Origin: Candidatus Saccharibacteria bacterium RIFCSPHIGHO2_12_FULL_41_12
GTDB lineage: Bacteria > Patescibacteriota > Saccharimonadia > Saccharimonadales > 2-12-FULL-41-12
DNA: 64,000 nt
Direction of reading: 5' to 3'
NCBI GenBank assembly: GCA_001790445.1
Contig: MGCQ01000007.1
Location: 66,608 to 130,607, forward strand
The position numbers were made by a program, and so were the translations under genes. Under the pieces are notes generated by a model that saw only the letters and a program-made list of their open reading frames with translations, searched no databases and had not been told where the DNA came from. This document shows positions 1-10,773 of the stretch, piece by piece. The stretch's first letter is position 1; the number at the start of each line of letters is the position of its first letter.

Positions 1-139
1 CGCTACTGATAGGGCTAACGACCAGATCAGGGATTATTTCAAACATGCTAGCATCATGTGAGTACTGCTCAAGTATATCTTGGTTGTCTTCGATCTCACC
101 TTTAAAGCCGGATTTTGCTATTATTTGTTTTGCGTTCAT
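1..139 (-). CDS. FAD-linked oxidase family protein, N-terminal fragment (gene continues beyond the window)
   Basis: My own translation of the minus strand from the ATG at 139..137 gives MNAKQIIAKSGFKGEIEDNQDILEQYSHDASMFEIIPDLVVSPISS. This is the typical N-terminus of GlcD-like FAD-binding oxidoreductases (YSxDAS...P..VV.P). Confidence 0.5.
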   Translation of the reverse strand, partial: MNAKQIIAKSGFKGEIEDNQDILEQYSHDASMFEIIPDLVVSPISS

Positions 140-211
140 GCTTATTATTTATGATATAATATTTAACGAAATAAACGAAATAAATATATTAACACAATAG
201 AAGGAAAACAG

Positions 212-1363
212 TTGAAAAAAGCAAAGTTAGTCATTGTAGGAGGAGGTTTTGCAGGAGTAAAATTGGCTCATGATCTGTCTGATGACGAAAGATTTGCTAT
301 TACTTTGATATCTTCCCGAGATTACTTTTGCTACTACCCATCTCTTTATCATGGTGCCCTGGGCGGGCTAAGCCGAGAGTCAATCATCCCTCTGCAGGAT
401 ATATTCGGCGACACACGAGTTACAGTAGTCCATAACAGAGTCACAAAATTAGACAAAAAGAGCAAAAAAATATTTTGCCGGAACAACCAATCATTTGAAT
501 ATGATTATCTTGTTTTGGCACTGGGGGTTTCAACTAATTACTTCGGCATAGAGGGTCTAGATAAATATTCTTATGGCATAAAGTCACGCGAAGAAGTCAA
601 AGAGCTAAACGCACACATAAAAGAAAAGATTACCAGCAGAGAAAAACAAGAGCATAACTATCTGATTGTAGGTGGAGGGCCAAGTGGAGTTGAGTTAGCA
701 GGTGCGATGCCGGGGTATATCCGTCATTTAAGTGAACAAACTGGTAAAAAAGTTGATTTTTCTGTCACGCTTGTAGAAGCAGCAGGTCGAGTGATGCCTC
801 GCTCAAGCAAGGCAATGAGTCGAAGCGTCAAAAGACGTCTGAAAAACCTCGGCGTAAAAGTCATGGTTAATGCCCATGTACAGGGAGAAGACGCCAGTCA
901 CCTGACTATAAATGGGCAAAATATTGTTTCGTCGTGTGTGGTTTGGACTGCAGGAATGGCGATTAGTACATTTTATAGTGAAAATAATTTTGAAATGCAC
1001 AACAGGCGTGTAGCGGTAAACGCCTATTTGGAAGCAGATGACGATATCTATGTGCTTGGCGATAATGCCGACACTCCTTATTCAGGTATGGCGCAGACTG
1101 CAATGCACGATGCCAAATTTGTCGGTCAAAATCTTGTCAGAAAAATCGAGGACAAAGACCCAAGAAGCTACAAAGCACAAAAACCGATTTGTGTTACGCC
1201 CGTTGGCCCAAGATGGGCGGCACTGCAATATGGCAAAGTTGAAATGTATGGTATTTTGCCGTGGTTTTTACGGCATGCCGCGACAACCCGGGCGCATATA
1301 GAACTAGAACCCATCTTGCAAGCAGCAAGAACTATCACCTCAGGTGTCAGAGCAGGGGACTAA
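212..1363 (+). CDS. ndh: type II NADH dehydrogenase-like FAD-dependent pyridine nucleotide-disulfide oxidoreductase
   Basis: Two Rossmann motifs (VIVGGGFAGV and LIVGGGPSGVE) plus a C-terminal YVLGDNA motif. TTG start with GAAGGA upstream. Confidence 0.85.
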   Translation: MKKAKLVIVGGGFAGVKLAHDLSDDERFAITLISSRDYFCYYPSLYHGALGGLSRESIIPLQDIFGDTRVTVVHNRVTKLDKKSKKIFCRNNQSFEYDYLVLALGVSTNYFGIEGLDKYSYGIKSREEVKELNAHIKEKITSREKQEHNYLIVGGGPSGVELAGAMPGYIRHLSEQTGKKVDFSVTLVEAAGRVMPRSSKAMSRSVKRRLKNLGVKVMVNAHVQGEDASHLTINGQNIVSSCVVWTAGMAISTFYSENNFEMHNRRVAVNAYLEADDDIYVLGDNADTPYSGMAQTAMHDAKFVGQNLVRKIEDKDPRSYKAQKPICVTPVGPRWAALQYGKVEMYGILPWFLRHAATTRAHIELEPILQAARTITSGVRAGD

Positions 1364-1424
1364 AGTTTATCTCTTTGTACAAAATCTTAAATTTGCATTG
1401 GAGTATGTGACGGACAAGTCTAAG

Positions 1425-2012
1425 TTAAGCTCTTGATCCTCTGTGTGGTCCGGTATATTCTTGTGGGTCTGGCGCAGGAGCTTCAACGGTTGGTTCAGGT
1501 AGTTTGATATCTGGGAATGTGATTAATTTAGTATCTGTATCTGTCTTTGCCAGGTCATCCTCAATTGCTGTGAAAAGATTTATCAAATTTGATGTTTCTT
1601 TTGGCCCAACGGGTACTCTGCCAGTCGTATTATGGAATTCTTCTGATTCTGGATTGAGAAATGCAACATTTTGCGAGTCGGGTGAACCCGTAACTATTTT
1701 GGGCCGTCTCGTAACTGGATTATCCTCGTTATTTTCTATCAACAAATTTATTTTGTCTCTTCCTGGGGTTGTAATAGTAACGTCGTAGTTAACCATTTGG
1801 CTTTCGCCGTGAACTCTGTTAGCGGCCATACTGACACTTCCTTCATTCAGAGGTATCTCAATAGAGGGAAATATATTATAATCAGTAGCTACTAACCCTT
1901 TTGATAAACGACTATATATCCCATTGACTAATTTAAACACATGAGACCTAGTCGCCTCTTCTTCCGGTAGAGGTAACTCTGGTTGTGGATTTAAATCGAT
2001 TACTTCGCCCAT
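1425..2012 (-). CDS. hypothetical protein
   Basis: 195-aa ORF overlapping the downstream PAP2-like gene by 13 nt (operon-like). No motif recognised. Confidence 0.45.
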   Translation of the reverse strand: MGEVIDLNPQPELPLPEEEATRSHVFKLVNGIYSRLSKGLVATDYNIFPSIEIPLNEGSVSMAANRVHGESQMVNYDVTITTPGRDKINLLIENNEDNPVTRRPKIVTGSPDSQNVAFLNPESEEFHNTTGRVPVGPKETSNLINLFTAIEDDLAKTDTDTKLITFPDIKLPEPTVEAPAPDPQEYTGPHRGSRA

Positions 2013-2959
2013 AATTTGACAGCTTTCAACTTATATATAATAGCGTATTTTAGAAAATTGTAAAGCTTATCATTTTGAGACAAAACGAAGAAGACTATTG
2101 CGTATAAGGCACCTATTATGACATCTATAACGTAGTGCTCACCCATATAAACAACACCGATCCACATGCTAATAGGGTATAGCAAAGACCAGACGCCTCG
2201 CTTAAACCCGACGATTTTAATAATAAATAGACTAATCAGCAGAGGATAGGCAGAATGTAGAGAAGGCACCGCCGCTACCGCGTTGGCTGGCAGGTGATGG
2301 TAGACCTCGGAGAAATTTTCTACCCCCATGGCGTACCAGATACTCGATGAAACTCGAGTAATCGGTTCGACAATATAGCCGAGTTCTTTAGCCATCCAGG
2401 GCGGAGCGGCAGGGTAAATTAGATAAGTCACGAATGCCCCAAAACTTAAAAGCACTAGAGCCAAAATGTAGCGCCAATACTGCTTGGAGTGAAATTTCCA
2501 AAGTATGACCGCAAAGACCAAAGGTGCTAAAAAATGCAACATATAAATAAAATAAAAATAAAAGTCATACCACTGGACCGTACCATGCCAGAGGTGCTGT
2601 TGAAGCCAAGCCGTTGGCAAAGCGCCACCACCTAGCCAGCGATCAAAGTTGATCATTTCAGTGTAGTGGACTTTGCCGTTAAGCCAGTCGGCAATACCCC
2701 TAAAAACCTCATAAATTAACAGAAGGCTAAATATTGGTAAAAATCGCTTAAGAAATTCTTTGGTCTGACTGAGACTGGCAAAAATGGCCAAAAAGAAGAT
2801 AAAGATCAGGTCAGGCGTCAAGAAGATATTTTTTATTAGCAGTGCATAAAGCAGGGCAAGTATCAGACAAGCTCTGGCAAGTCTTTGCCAACTGGTGTCA
2901 CGAACATACTTCGTGGTCGATCTGTGTAGTTTTATGACCTTTTTGCGCATGGATAACAT
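2000..2959 (-). CDS. PAP2-superfamily integral membrane protein (AUR1/phosphatase-like)
   Basis: Polytopic hydrophobic ORF. The PSLHSAYP and GEHYVIDV motifs resemble PAP2 C2/C3 motifs. Confidence 0.6.
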   Translation of the reverse strand: MLSMRKKVIKLHRSTTKYVRDTSWQRLARACLILALLYALLIKNIFLTPDLIFIFFLAIFASLSQTKEFLKRFLPIFSLLLIYEVFRGIADWLNGKVHYTEMINFDRWLGGGALPTAWLQQHLWHGTVQWYDFYFYFIYMLHFLAPLVFAVILWKFHSKQYWRYILALVLLSFGAFVTYLIYPAAPPWMAKELGYIVEPITRVSSSIWYAMGVENFSEVYHHLPANAVAAVPSLHSAYPLLISLFIIKIVGFKRGVWSLLYPISMWIGVVYMGEHYVIDVIIGALYAIVFFVLSQNDKLYNFLKYAIIYKLKAVKLWAK

Positions 2960-3125
2960 TAATTGTACATTAGATACTGATTATTCTTAATAAGCTTTAC
3001 TAAATAAAAGAAAGAAGTACTATACTGGACAAAAATGTATGTATTATTGACGATATGCTTTACATATTATATCGATTAGAGTATATATGAATTAGGATAA
3101 CATAAGCACGGAGAGGAGAAATATT

Positions 3126-3752
3126 ATGGCAAAAGAAGTAACTAATTATTCAGCACTTGGGGCGGAGTTTATCGCGACTTTTACGCTGACAATAGCCGTT
3201 TTAGCATCGACTGGGTCAGGTTTTAGTCTCGCCGGGCCTTTTGCTTTGGCAATAATGGTAGCAATTATTGGTCCAATTAGCGGTGGCCATGTTAATCCAG
3301 CCATAACTTTTGGGTTGTGGACCACCAGGCGCATAAAAGGCGCGGTAGCCGCGCAGTATATGATCGCTCAAGCTGTTGGAGCATTGCTCGCTATTGTAGC
3401 AGCAAGAATCGCAGAGGTATTACCAAGCCAATTCACCGTTGCTCAAAATTTTACTGATTCGTTTTCTCGGACTTTTTCGCTCGAAGCTCTGGGGATGGTC
3501 CTATTTGGTTTTGGTGTAGCCGCAGTTTTTAGTCAAAAAAAGCAAGGGTTGGAAGCCGGCGCCCTGGTTGGTGGATCTTTGATGCTCGGCTTGCTTTTTG
3601 CTAGTTTATTTGGTTATAGCGCCATGCTCAACCCAGCTGTTGCTCTGTCGAGCACTAGTTTTAGCTGGGTATATATTGTTGGTCCGTTCTTTGGTAGTGC
3701 AGTAGGATTTATGCTCTATGATCAGCTAGCAAACTCGCCAAAGAAAAAGTAA
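3126..3752 (+). CDS. MIP-family channel (aquaporin/glycerol facilitator-like)
   Basis: Two NPA boxes (GGHVNPAITFG and MLNPAVAL), about six hydrophobic segments, and a strong SD (GGAGAGGAG). Confidence 0.9.
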   Translation: MAKEVTNYSALGAEFIATFTLTIAVLASTGSGFSLAGPFALAIMVAIIGPISGGHVNPAITFGLWTTRRIKGAVAAQYMIAQAVGALLAIVAARIAEVLPSQFTVAQNFTDSFSRTFSLEALGMVLFGFGVAAVFSQKKQGLEAGALVGGSLMLGLLFASLFGYSAMLNPAVALSSTSFSWVYIVGPFFGSAVGFMLYDQLANSPKKK

Positions 3753-3762
3753 AAAATAGTTA

Positions 3763-6700
3763 TCAACGGTAGTAACTAGAAGGCTGTACTTCCTCAGTTA
3801 GTGATGTATTTTCTGAGAGACAGTCGAGAAGTATTCTGCCAGATTGGGCGTTGGTCAGGATTGGCACATGGTTGTCTATCGCAAGTCGGCGAATACGATA
3901 TGCATACGGAGTGCTTTCATCATTAGGAGATGGAACAGATATTACTAGAGATATTTCTCCTTTGTCAGTAAATGTTTTGATATTTGGTTCTTTATTTTCT
4001 TGGATTCTGTGTAGAAAAGAAACTTTTACATCATTTGATTTAAGAAAATCATGAGTTCCTCTGGTTGAGTATATTTTCCAGCCAGATTTAACAAGTTTTT
4101 TAGCCACTTCTAAAAACTTATATTTGTCTTTATTGGGGAGGCTAAGAAAAAGGTTTTTGCCTTTTATTTTTTCATCCGTTGCCATCCATGATCTGTAAAA
4201 TGCTTCGTTAACATTTCTGCCTAAGCACGCTACCTCACCAGTTGATGCCATTTCTACTCCCGCAACAGGGTCAGAGCCTTTGAGCCGATTGTACGAAAAT
4301 TGGGGACTTTTTATGCCAACATGATCAAGCTCCAAAGTCTTATACACTTGTTTATTGAGTTTCCCAATCATTGCCTTTGTGGCTATTTCAATGAAGTTAT
4401 AACCAGAAGTTTTTGATACAAATGGGAATGAACGTGAAGCACGAACATTGCATTCTATTACTTTGATTGCGCTATGTTTGGCAATAAATTGAATATTAAA
4501 TGGTCCTGTGATCTGAAGATTTTGGATAATTTCTTTAGTGATATTTTTCATTTCTCTAACAGTCTCGAGGTAAACTCTCTGAGCAGGATACATTATTGTT
4601 GCATCGCCTGAATGCACTCCAGCGTTTTCAATGTGTTCAGAAAATGCGTATACAACTAATTTGCCGTCTTTGGCAACACCATCGATTTCAAGTTCTTTCC
4701 CGTCAAGAATAAATTCCGATATAACAACAGGGTGGTCCGGAGAAAGTTTGGTTGCTTGACCTAGATATTCGCTCATCTCGGCGTCGCTATAAACAACGTT
4801 CATAGCTCCTCCAGAAAGAACGTATGACGGGCGAATTAAAAGAGGATAGCCAATCTTTTTTGCGAAGTCTTTAGCTTTTTTAAGTGACGCGGCTTCTGTC
4901 CATCTGGGTTGATCAATACCCAAACCCCCAAGCATACTGGAGAACTTCTGGCGATCTTCAGCGCGGTCAATATTTTTAGCACTGGTTCCAAGAATCGTAT
5001 ATCCTGAATTTTCAAGCTTTAGAGAAAGATTATTAGCAATTTGCCCCCCTACGGATACAACCACATCCTTTGAGTGCTCAAAGTCAATAATATCGGAAAC
5101 ACGCTCAAAAGTAAGTTCGTCAAAATATAGGCGATCTGATCTGTCAAAGTCTGTTGATACAGTTTCTGGGTTAGAGTTGATGATAATTGTTTTAATTTTG
5201 TTTTTGCGCAATGTTTTTGCACAGTTAACAGCGCACCAGTCAAATTCTACCGATGACCCAATGCAGTAAGGACCAGAACCTAGCACAACAGTTGATTTTT
5301 TGCCTAGCGGCTTGATGTCATTGGTCTCTCCGTGGTATGTCAAGTACAAATAATTAGTTGACGCGTCAAATTCACCGGCAAGCGTATCGATTAATTTGAT
5401 AACTGGTTTTACATTATGTTTAAGTCGAAGTTTTCTGATTTTTGATTCAGTTGTCTTGCGTAAGGTTGCAATAACTTTATCCGAAAAGCCCATTCGCTTT
5501 GCATCCAAGAGATTATCTCTTGTTAGTTTAGTTTTTGCGAGGCTTTGCTGTAAATCGACGATATCTTTTAAGTGATAAAGAAACCATTTGTTGATCCATG
5601 AGTCTTTATGTATAAGGTCGACAGATCTTCCGTTTTTCATTGCTTCGTATATTGCAAATATTCTTCTATCAGTTGCGGTTTTGATCTCTTCAACAGGATT
5701 TGTAAATTCGTAAGGATGTGACGATAAACCATCCGCGCCGATGTTAAGCATACGAATAGCCTTTTGCAAAACTTCTGGGAAAGATCGCCCAAGAGCCATG
5801 ACTTCTCCGACGCTTTTCATCTCTGAACCAATGTTGTGGTCGCTCGATTTTAGCTTTGCCAGATCCCAACGTGGCATCTTCAGAGCAATATAATCTAGTG
5901 CTGGTTCAAAAAAGGCTGAAGTGTCTTGGGTGACAGAATTTTTAATTTCATATAATTTGTAGCCAAGCATTAATTTTGCTGCAACAAATGCCAATGGATA
6001 GCCCGTCGCTTTTGAAGCAAGCGCACTTGACCGAGAAAGTCGGGCGTTAACCTCTATAACTCGATAATCTCCTGTTTTTGGGTTTAGCGCATATTGGATA
6101 TTGCATTCGCCAATAATTCCGAGGTGGTCGATAGTTCTAAGAGCAACTTCTCGAAGCATTTGGTATTCGTTGTTGGTTAATGTTTGGCTCGGAGCGACGA
6201 CAATACTTTCTCCAGTATGGATGCCCATAGGATCAAAATTTTCCATGTTGCATACTGCAATTGTGTTGCCGGCAATGTCTCTGACTATTTCATATTCAAT
6301 TTCTTTCCAGCCAGCCAAATATTCTTCTATGAGAATTTGTGGTACTGCGTTGAAAACCTCACGGGCTCTTTCAATTAGTTCTTTTTCGTTATCTATCCGC
6401 CCTGAGCCCAGGCCACCAAGACTATATCCAGATCTCATCATCACGGGATAACCAATAATTTTTGCTGCCTCACAAGCAGCGCTAACGTCACACGTGGCCA
6501 TGCTTTTTGCAGTATGAACGTCAATTTTTGCCAGAGCACTTTTAAATAGTTCTCTGTCTTCAGTAGCTTTAATGACATCTACTGGTGAGCCAAGAACTTT
6601 CACGTTAAGTTTCTTGAAAACACCCAGATCATAAAGCTCAAGCCCAAGACTTAGTGCTGTTTGTCCACCAAAGCTGAGTAAAATTGCATCTGGGCGTTCT

Positions 6701-6942
6701 TGCTCTAATATCTTCGTGACGACTTCCGGCTGCAAAGGTTGAAAGTAGACTTTGTCCGCCATGTCATCATCTGTCTGGACAGTAGCGATATTTGGATTGA
6801 CAAGAATTGTGTAGATACCTTCTTCTTTGAGGGCCTTGATTGCCTGTGATCCTGAGTAGTCAAATTCGCCAGCTTGCCCAATTCTAAGACCACCGGAGCC
6901 CAGTATCAGAGCTTTTTTAATGCCACGGGGTTTACTGTTCAT
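3763..6942 (-). CDS. carB: carbamoyl-phosphate synthase large subunit
   Basis: 1059 aa with duplicated ATP-grasp halves, an N-terminus KKALILGSGGLRIGQAGEFDYSG and an MGS-like C-terminus. Overlaps carA by 4 nt. Confidence 0.97.
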   Translation of the reverse strand: MNSKPRGIKKALILGSGGLRIGQAGEFDYSGSQAIKALKEEGIYTILVNPNIATVQTDDDMADKVYFQPLQPEVVTKILEQERPDAILLSFGGQTALSLGLELYDLGVFKKLNVKVLGSPVDVIKATEDRELFKSALAKIDVHTAKSMATCDVSAACEAAKIIGYPVMMRSGYSLGGLGSGRIDNEKELIERAREVFNAVPQILIEEYLAGWKEIEYEIVRDIAGNTIAVCNMENFDPMGIHTGESIVVAPSQTLTNNEYQMLREVALRTIDHLGIIGECNIQYALNPKTGDYRVIEVNARLSRSSALASKATGYPLAFVAAKLMLGYKLYEIKNSVTQDTSAFFEPALDYIALKMPRWDLAKLKSSDHNIGSEMKSVGEVMALGRSFPEVLQKAIRMLNIGADGLSSHPYEFTNPVEEIKTATDRRIFAIYEAMKNGRSVDLIHKDSWINKWFLYHLKDIVDLQQSLAKTKLTRDNLLDAKRMGFSDKVIATLRKTTESKIRKLRLKHNVKPVIKLIDTLAGEFDASTNYLYLTYHGETNDIKPLGKKSTVVLGSGPYCIGSSVEFDWCAVNCAKTLRKNKIKTIIINSNPETVSTDFDRSDRLYFDELTFERVSDIIDFEHSKDVVVSVGGQIANNLSLKLENSGYTILGTSAKNIDRAEDRQKFSSMLGGLGIDQPRWTEAASLKKAKDFAKKIGYPLLIRPSYVLSGGAMNVVYSDAEMSEYLGQATKLSPDHPVVISEFILDGKELEIDGVAKDGKLVVYAFSEHIENAGVHSGDATIMYPAQRVYLETVREMKNITKEIIQNLQITGPFNIQFIAKHSAIKVIECNVRASRSFPFVSKTSGYNFIEIATKAMIGKLNKQVYKTLELDHVGIKSPQFSYNRLKGSDPVAGVEMASTGEVACLGRNVNEAFYRSWMATDEKIKGKNLFLSLPNKDKYKFLEVAKKLVKSGWKIYSTRGTHDFLKSNDVKVSFLHRIQENKEPNIKTFTDKGEISLVISVPSPNDESTPYAYRIRRLAIDNHVPILTNAQSGRILLDCLSENTSLTEEVQPSSYYR

Positions 6943-7970
6943 AACGATTTTACAAACCTTTCAAATAGCCAAGCGGTATCCGTTGGGCCGGGTTTTGCTT
7001 CTGGGTGAAATTGTACAGAAAAAAACGGTTTGGTCTGATGCTCGATACCTTCTATAGAATTGTCGTTAAGGTTTCTAAAGAGCACTCGCCAACCTTTTGG
7101 TAATGTTTTTTCGTCAAGAGCATAGCCGTGGTTTTGGCTCGTAACGTAGCATCTATCGCTATTTTCTACTTTACAAGGTTGATTTTGGCCGCGATGCCCA
7201 AAGCGAAGCTTGTACGTTTTAGCCCCACTGCTAAGCCCCATAATTTGGCTACCTAAACATATACCAAAAATTGGTTTGTTATTTTTCAATGCTTTTTTGG
7301 TTATTTCAATAGTTGCTTGATAAGAAGTTGGATCTCCCGGACCGTTTGACAGAAGCACGCCGTCGTACGGCTGATTTGTGTAATCATAATCGTGGGGTAC
7401 CTGGATCACCTGCGCGTCATATTTGATGATAGATTTGATAATGTTTTCTTTGACGCCGCAGTCTACTAGAATTATTTTTTTCTTTGATTTTGGGTTATAG
7501 ATTTTTGGTTTCTGTGCGCTAATAAATTTGTGGCTTGGTTGGCTAACTGTCGGCTTATTGAGAGAGTTGGTTATCAGCCCAGCCATAACGCCTTTGCTTC
7601 TTAGGTGTAGGGTTAGTGCGCGCGTGTCGATATTGTACAGAATTGGAATGTTTTGTGATTTTAACCACTGACGTAGATTCACTGTAGAATCTTCGTGGCT
7701 GGGGTGAAGCGATATTTGACTCAAAATTACGCCTTTGACTTGAATTTTGCTTGACTCAAAATCCTTAATCTGGACGCCATAGTTGCCAATAAGTGGATAT
7801 GTAAAAACTAGAATTTGGTTGGAATAAGAGGGGTCAGTCAGGGATTCAACGTATCCTGCCATAGACGTATTGAATACAACTTCTCCCGTAACAAAGTGAT
7901 TATTCCAATTGAGTAAGTTGCCTGAGAAAATGTGTCCGTCGCTAAGATGAATATAACCTAGCTCAGCCAC
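6939..7970 (-). CDS. carA: carbamoyl-phosphate synthase small (glutamine amidotransferase) subunit
   Basis: Class-I GATase motifs (PIFGICLGSQ and VQFHPEA). Immediately upstream of carB. Confidence 0.95.
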   Translation of the reverse strand: MAELGYIHLSDGHIFSGNLLNWNNHFVTGEVVFNTSMAGYVESLTDPSYSNQILVFTYPLIGNYGVQIKDFESSKIQVKGVILSQISLHPSHEDSTVNLRQWLKSQNIPILYNIDTRALTLHLRSKGVMAGLITNSLNKPTVSQPSHKFISAQKPKIYNPKSKKKIILVDCGVKENIIKSIIKYDAQVIQVPHDYDYTNQPYDGVLLSNGPGDPTSYQATIEITKKALKNNKPIFGICLGSQIMGLSSGAKTYKLRFGHRGQNQPCKVENSDRCYVTSQNHGYALDEKTLPKGWRVLFRNLNDNSIEGIEHQTKPFFSVQFHPEAKPGPTDTAWLFERFVKSL

Positions 7971-8123
7971 GTTATTATCTATTTCTCATTTTAAACATCT
8001 TATTAATTCTATCAAAAATATGGTAATAGTGTTACATAAAAATATTGTAAAATTTATCAAAATTACTGATATAAATATCAAGTGTCTATCAGCTGTTTGG
8101 CGCTATCGTAGGATCAAATAAAT

Positions 8124-8543
8124 CTATAGCTGGGCTGGAGGTTGTGGAGATTGATCATTGCTGGTTTCTTCAGAATCAGCGGCTACAGTGGTTTCTGATG
8201 TCTCCTGTTGCGATGGAGCTGATGGGGTAGCTGAGCTTGGAGCTTCCGCCTCTCCGACAGAGTTAAATGAATCCTGAATGATAGCTGAACCAATTCCTCC
8301 GAGCAAGATTATGAGTAGAAATACCATAATCGGATCAAGTTTTTTAGTTACCAGACCAACACCCGCTGACCACTTCCAAAAGTACCAGTAGTTGACTAGA
8401 GGAATGATGATGAGCCATGTTGTTGGTATATCTGCGCCTTTTCGTACCATTTCTCCCCTGGTGCGGGCGGTCCAGACAATACCATAAATACCGAAGGTTA
8501 TTAATATTAGCAGAAAGACTGCAAGCGGGCTTTGTTTTCTCAT
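8124..8543 (-). CDS. small membrane protein, DUF4234-like, with Ser/Thr/Pro/Glu-rich tail
   Basis: Hydrophobic N-terminal two-thirds with FGIYGIVW, typical of DUF4234. Low-complexity C-terminus. Confidence 0.45.
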   Translation of the reverse strand: MRKQSPLAVFLLILITFGIYGIVWTARTRGEMVRKGADIPTTWLIIIPLVNYWYFWKWSAGVGLVTKKLDPIMVFLLIILLGGIGSAIIQDSFNSVGEAEAPSSATPSAPSQQETSETTVAADSEETSNDQSPQPPAQL

Positions 8544-8620
8544 TGTGTAATCCTTTTCATTGAATTAAATTAGTATCTTTTTTAATAGTACAACAATAAA
8601 ATTGATAATGCTACAGGTTA

Positions 8621-9295
8621 CTAGGCGAGAGGTTTAGAGCTGGTCAGTAATTTACTTTTGAAATATGGGTACATGGTGACCAAGCTACCATAATATACAA
8701 GATATGTTATTGGAAACAATACAGTAGAGACAAGATTCATAATCAGCAAGGAATTGAGGTTATTTTTTGCGATATCCCTAGATCGATTTGCTGTTTCTTT
8801 AGCTGGTAGGTTTTCGTCGAATAGCACTATTGGGGCGATAGTATATCGTAGACCAGCACGAATCCCCGGGACAATTAGCAGTAATAGTCCCCCGAGAACT
8901 CTAAAGAATATGATTATATTGAGCCACAAAATTGTCCAGAATTTATCCTGAGCAGCTTCAAATGCTTCTGAAATACTTGGTTTTTTATTTTTAATTGCTT
9001 GATAAACTGCGTAGCTAATCATTCCCTCAATTATTACCCCGATCGCTATAATAGCAAAGACAATGATAGTCCCGATGATAGCCACAGCTATAATCTCGCC
9101 ACTATTAAAAGGTGCATCTGGCTCACCAGTGGCGGGTTGAGCAGGGAGCAATGAATCAAAATTACTTAGGAATGTCAGTACGCTCAATACTATAAGAGTT
9201 ATTGATAGTTTTTTGTTAACTTTATGAAGTTTTTTAATTCCGTCTTGAATAAGTTCTAGGCGGCTTGGTGTTGATTTGACGTCTTGTTTATTCAT
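8621..9295 (-). CDS. integral membrane protein, unknown function
   Basis: 224-aa ORF with several hydrophobic segments. No enzymatic motif recognised. Confidence 0.45.
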   Translation of the reverse strand: MNKQDVKSTPSRLELIQDGIKKLHKVNKKLSITLIVLSVLTFLSNFDSLLPAQPATGEPDAPFNSGEIIAVAIIGTIIVFAIIAIGVIIEGMISYAVYQAIKNKKPSISEAFEAAQDKFWTILWLNIIIFFRVLGGLLLLIVPGIRAGLRYTIAPIVLFDENLPAKETANRSRDIAKNNLNSLLIMNLVSTVLFPITYLVYYGSLVTMYPYFKSKLLTSSKPLA

Positions 9296-9381
9296 AATTT
9301 ATCCCTAATCCTTGAGCATATATTCCCACATGACTTTAATATATATTTTCTAAAATGACAACAGTCATATATATTTAGAGT

Positions 9382-9627
9382 ATGACCAGCGTGGAGCCAA
9401 AGCCTCAGAATAAGTATTTTCAAGTACCCAATTTGCCGTTGATTGTTTGGTTTGTGGCGCTTCTTTTGGCCAGGGTGACGGCGGGACAGTGGCATGCATT
9501 ATTCTCTGTCGTATCTTTTGGCGCTTTGTTTACTTGGGCTTGGCTAGAAATATTTCATGGTACCAATATGTTTCGGAGAATTCTGGGAGTAGTTGTGATG
9601 TCACTGACGATAATCAATAAATTATGA
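9382..9627 (+). CDS. small membrane protein
   Basis: 81 aa with two or three hydrophobic helices. Its stop overlaps the start of the next gene (ATGA at 9624). Confidence 0.4.
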   Translation: MTSVEPKPQNKYFQVPNLPLIVWFVALLLARVTAGQWHALFSVVSFGALFTWAWLEIFHGTNMFRRILGVVVMSLTIINKL

Positions 9628-10250
9628 TCAGTATGAACCCACACGATTTAACCATAAAAACATACGACGACGGCGCCAGTCAATTTGATCAGCATTTTTT
9701 TGAATATTTTGGCAAAGGCCCACGAATTAGCGATATCGATCAGGGCCTAAAGCTAGCAGGAGTTGAAGTTGCTAAGGCTAAAGTCGTCGAAATAGGATGT
9801 GGCACAGGACGTGACGCAGAGGCAATGGTTAAAAGGGCTGACCGGTATGAGGGTTTTGATCCGTCAAAAGGATTGATTGAAGTAGCCAAAAATAAAGTTC
9901 CAAAAGCTTCTTTTGTGGTAGCCGACGCTCTCAGTTATAAGTATCCGAAAAATGTTGATGTAGTCTTTGCTTTTGCATCACTTTTACACATTAGTAAAGA
10001 CGACTTGAAAAAGGTATTTCCAAAAGTCCAAAGATCTTTGCGCAAGGGTGGTATTTTCTATATATCGTTGAAGCAAGCTGAAAAATACACAGGAACGTTA
10101 AAAACCGACCAATTTGGAGATAGAATGTTTTATTACTATAGTCCAGAGTTAATTCAGCAAATTGCCGGTAAATCGTTTATAACAGTTTTTCTAAATCGTC
10201 AAAAAATAGGCAAGACAGCTTGGTTCACTATTGCCCTAAAGAAAATTTAG
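9624..10250 (+). CDS. class I SAM-dependent methyltransferase
   Basis: Motif I VVEIGCGTGRDA, post-I acidic residue, and a motif II-like DVVFAFASLLHI. Confidence 0.8.
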   Translation: MISMNPHDLTIKTYDDGASQFDQHFFEYFGKGPRISDIDQGLKLAGVEVAKAKVVEIGCGTGRDAEAMVKRADRYEGFDPSKGLIEVAKNKVPKASFVVADALSYKYPKNVDVVFAFASLLHISKDDLKKVFPKVQRSLRKGGIFYISLKQAEKYTGTLKTDQFGDRMFYYYSPELIQQIAGKSFITVFLNRQKIGKTAWFTIALKKI

Positions 10251-10314
10251 ATATTTAACTAAAACAACAAAAAGGGTGTACAATTATTATAGATAACTAA
10301 GCATAAGGGATTAA

Positions 10315-10707
10315 ATGGCAGCAAAAGTACTACTGGTAGACGATGACATTTACATGCAACGTCTTTACCAGCGGACATTTCAACAAGCACATTACGATAT
10401 GTCTATTGCCAACGATGGGGTAGCTCTTGTAGATAGGGCAAAAGTCGAAATGCCAGATGTGATTATTATGGACGTAATGATGCCCAGACGTAATGGCATG
10501 GAGGCATTAGGAGATTTGATGGGTGATGAAGTTGCCAAAAACATACCAGTCATTATGCTCTCAGCCAACGAAGATGATCAATTAATGCTTGAAGCTTTGC
10601 AGCTGGGTGCAAAAAGATATTTGGTCAAAAGCATGATTGAACCAGAACAAATGATACAGATTGCTACAGAAGTTATTGCTGAATTATCAGATCAGGCAAA
10701 AACCTGA
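10315..10707 (+). CDS. single-domain response regulator (CheY-like receiver)
   Basis: VLLVDDD, phospho-acceptor context IIMDVMMP, and a conserved K in YLVKS. No output domain. Confidence 0.85.
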   Translation: MAAKVLLVDDDIYMQRLYQRTFQQAHYDMSIANDGVALVDRAKVEMPDVIIMDVMMPRRNGMEALGDLMGDEVAKNIPVIMLSANEDDQLMLEALQLGAKRYLVKSMIEPEQMIQIATEVIAELSDQAKT

Positions 10708-10773
10708 TTTGTATCACACGCTCAATCTATTTGTGGTGTACAATAAGCTCGATAAACCAAAAAGGAGCATCCT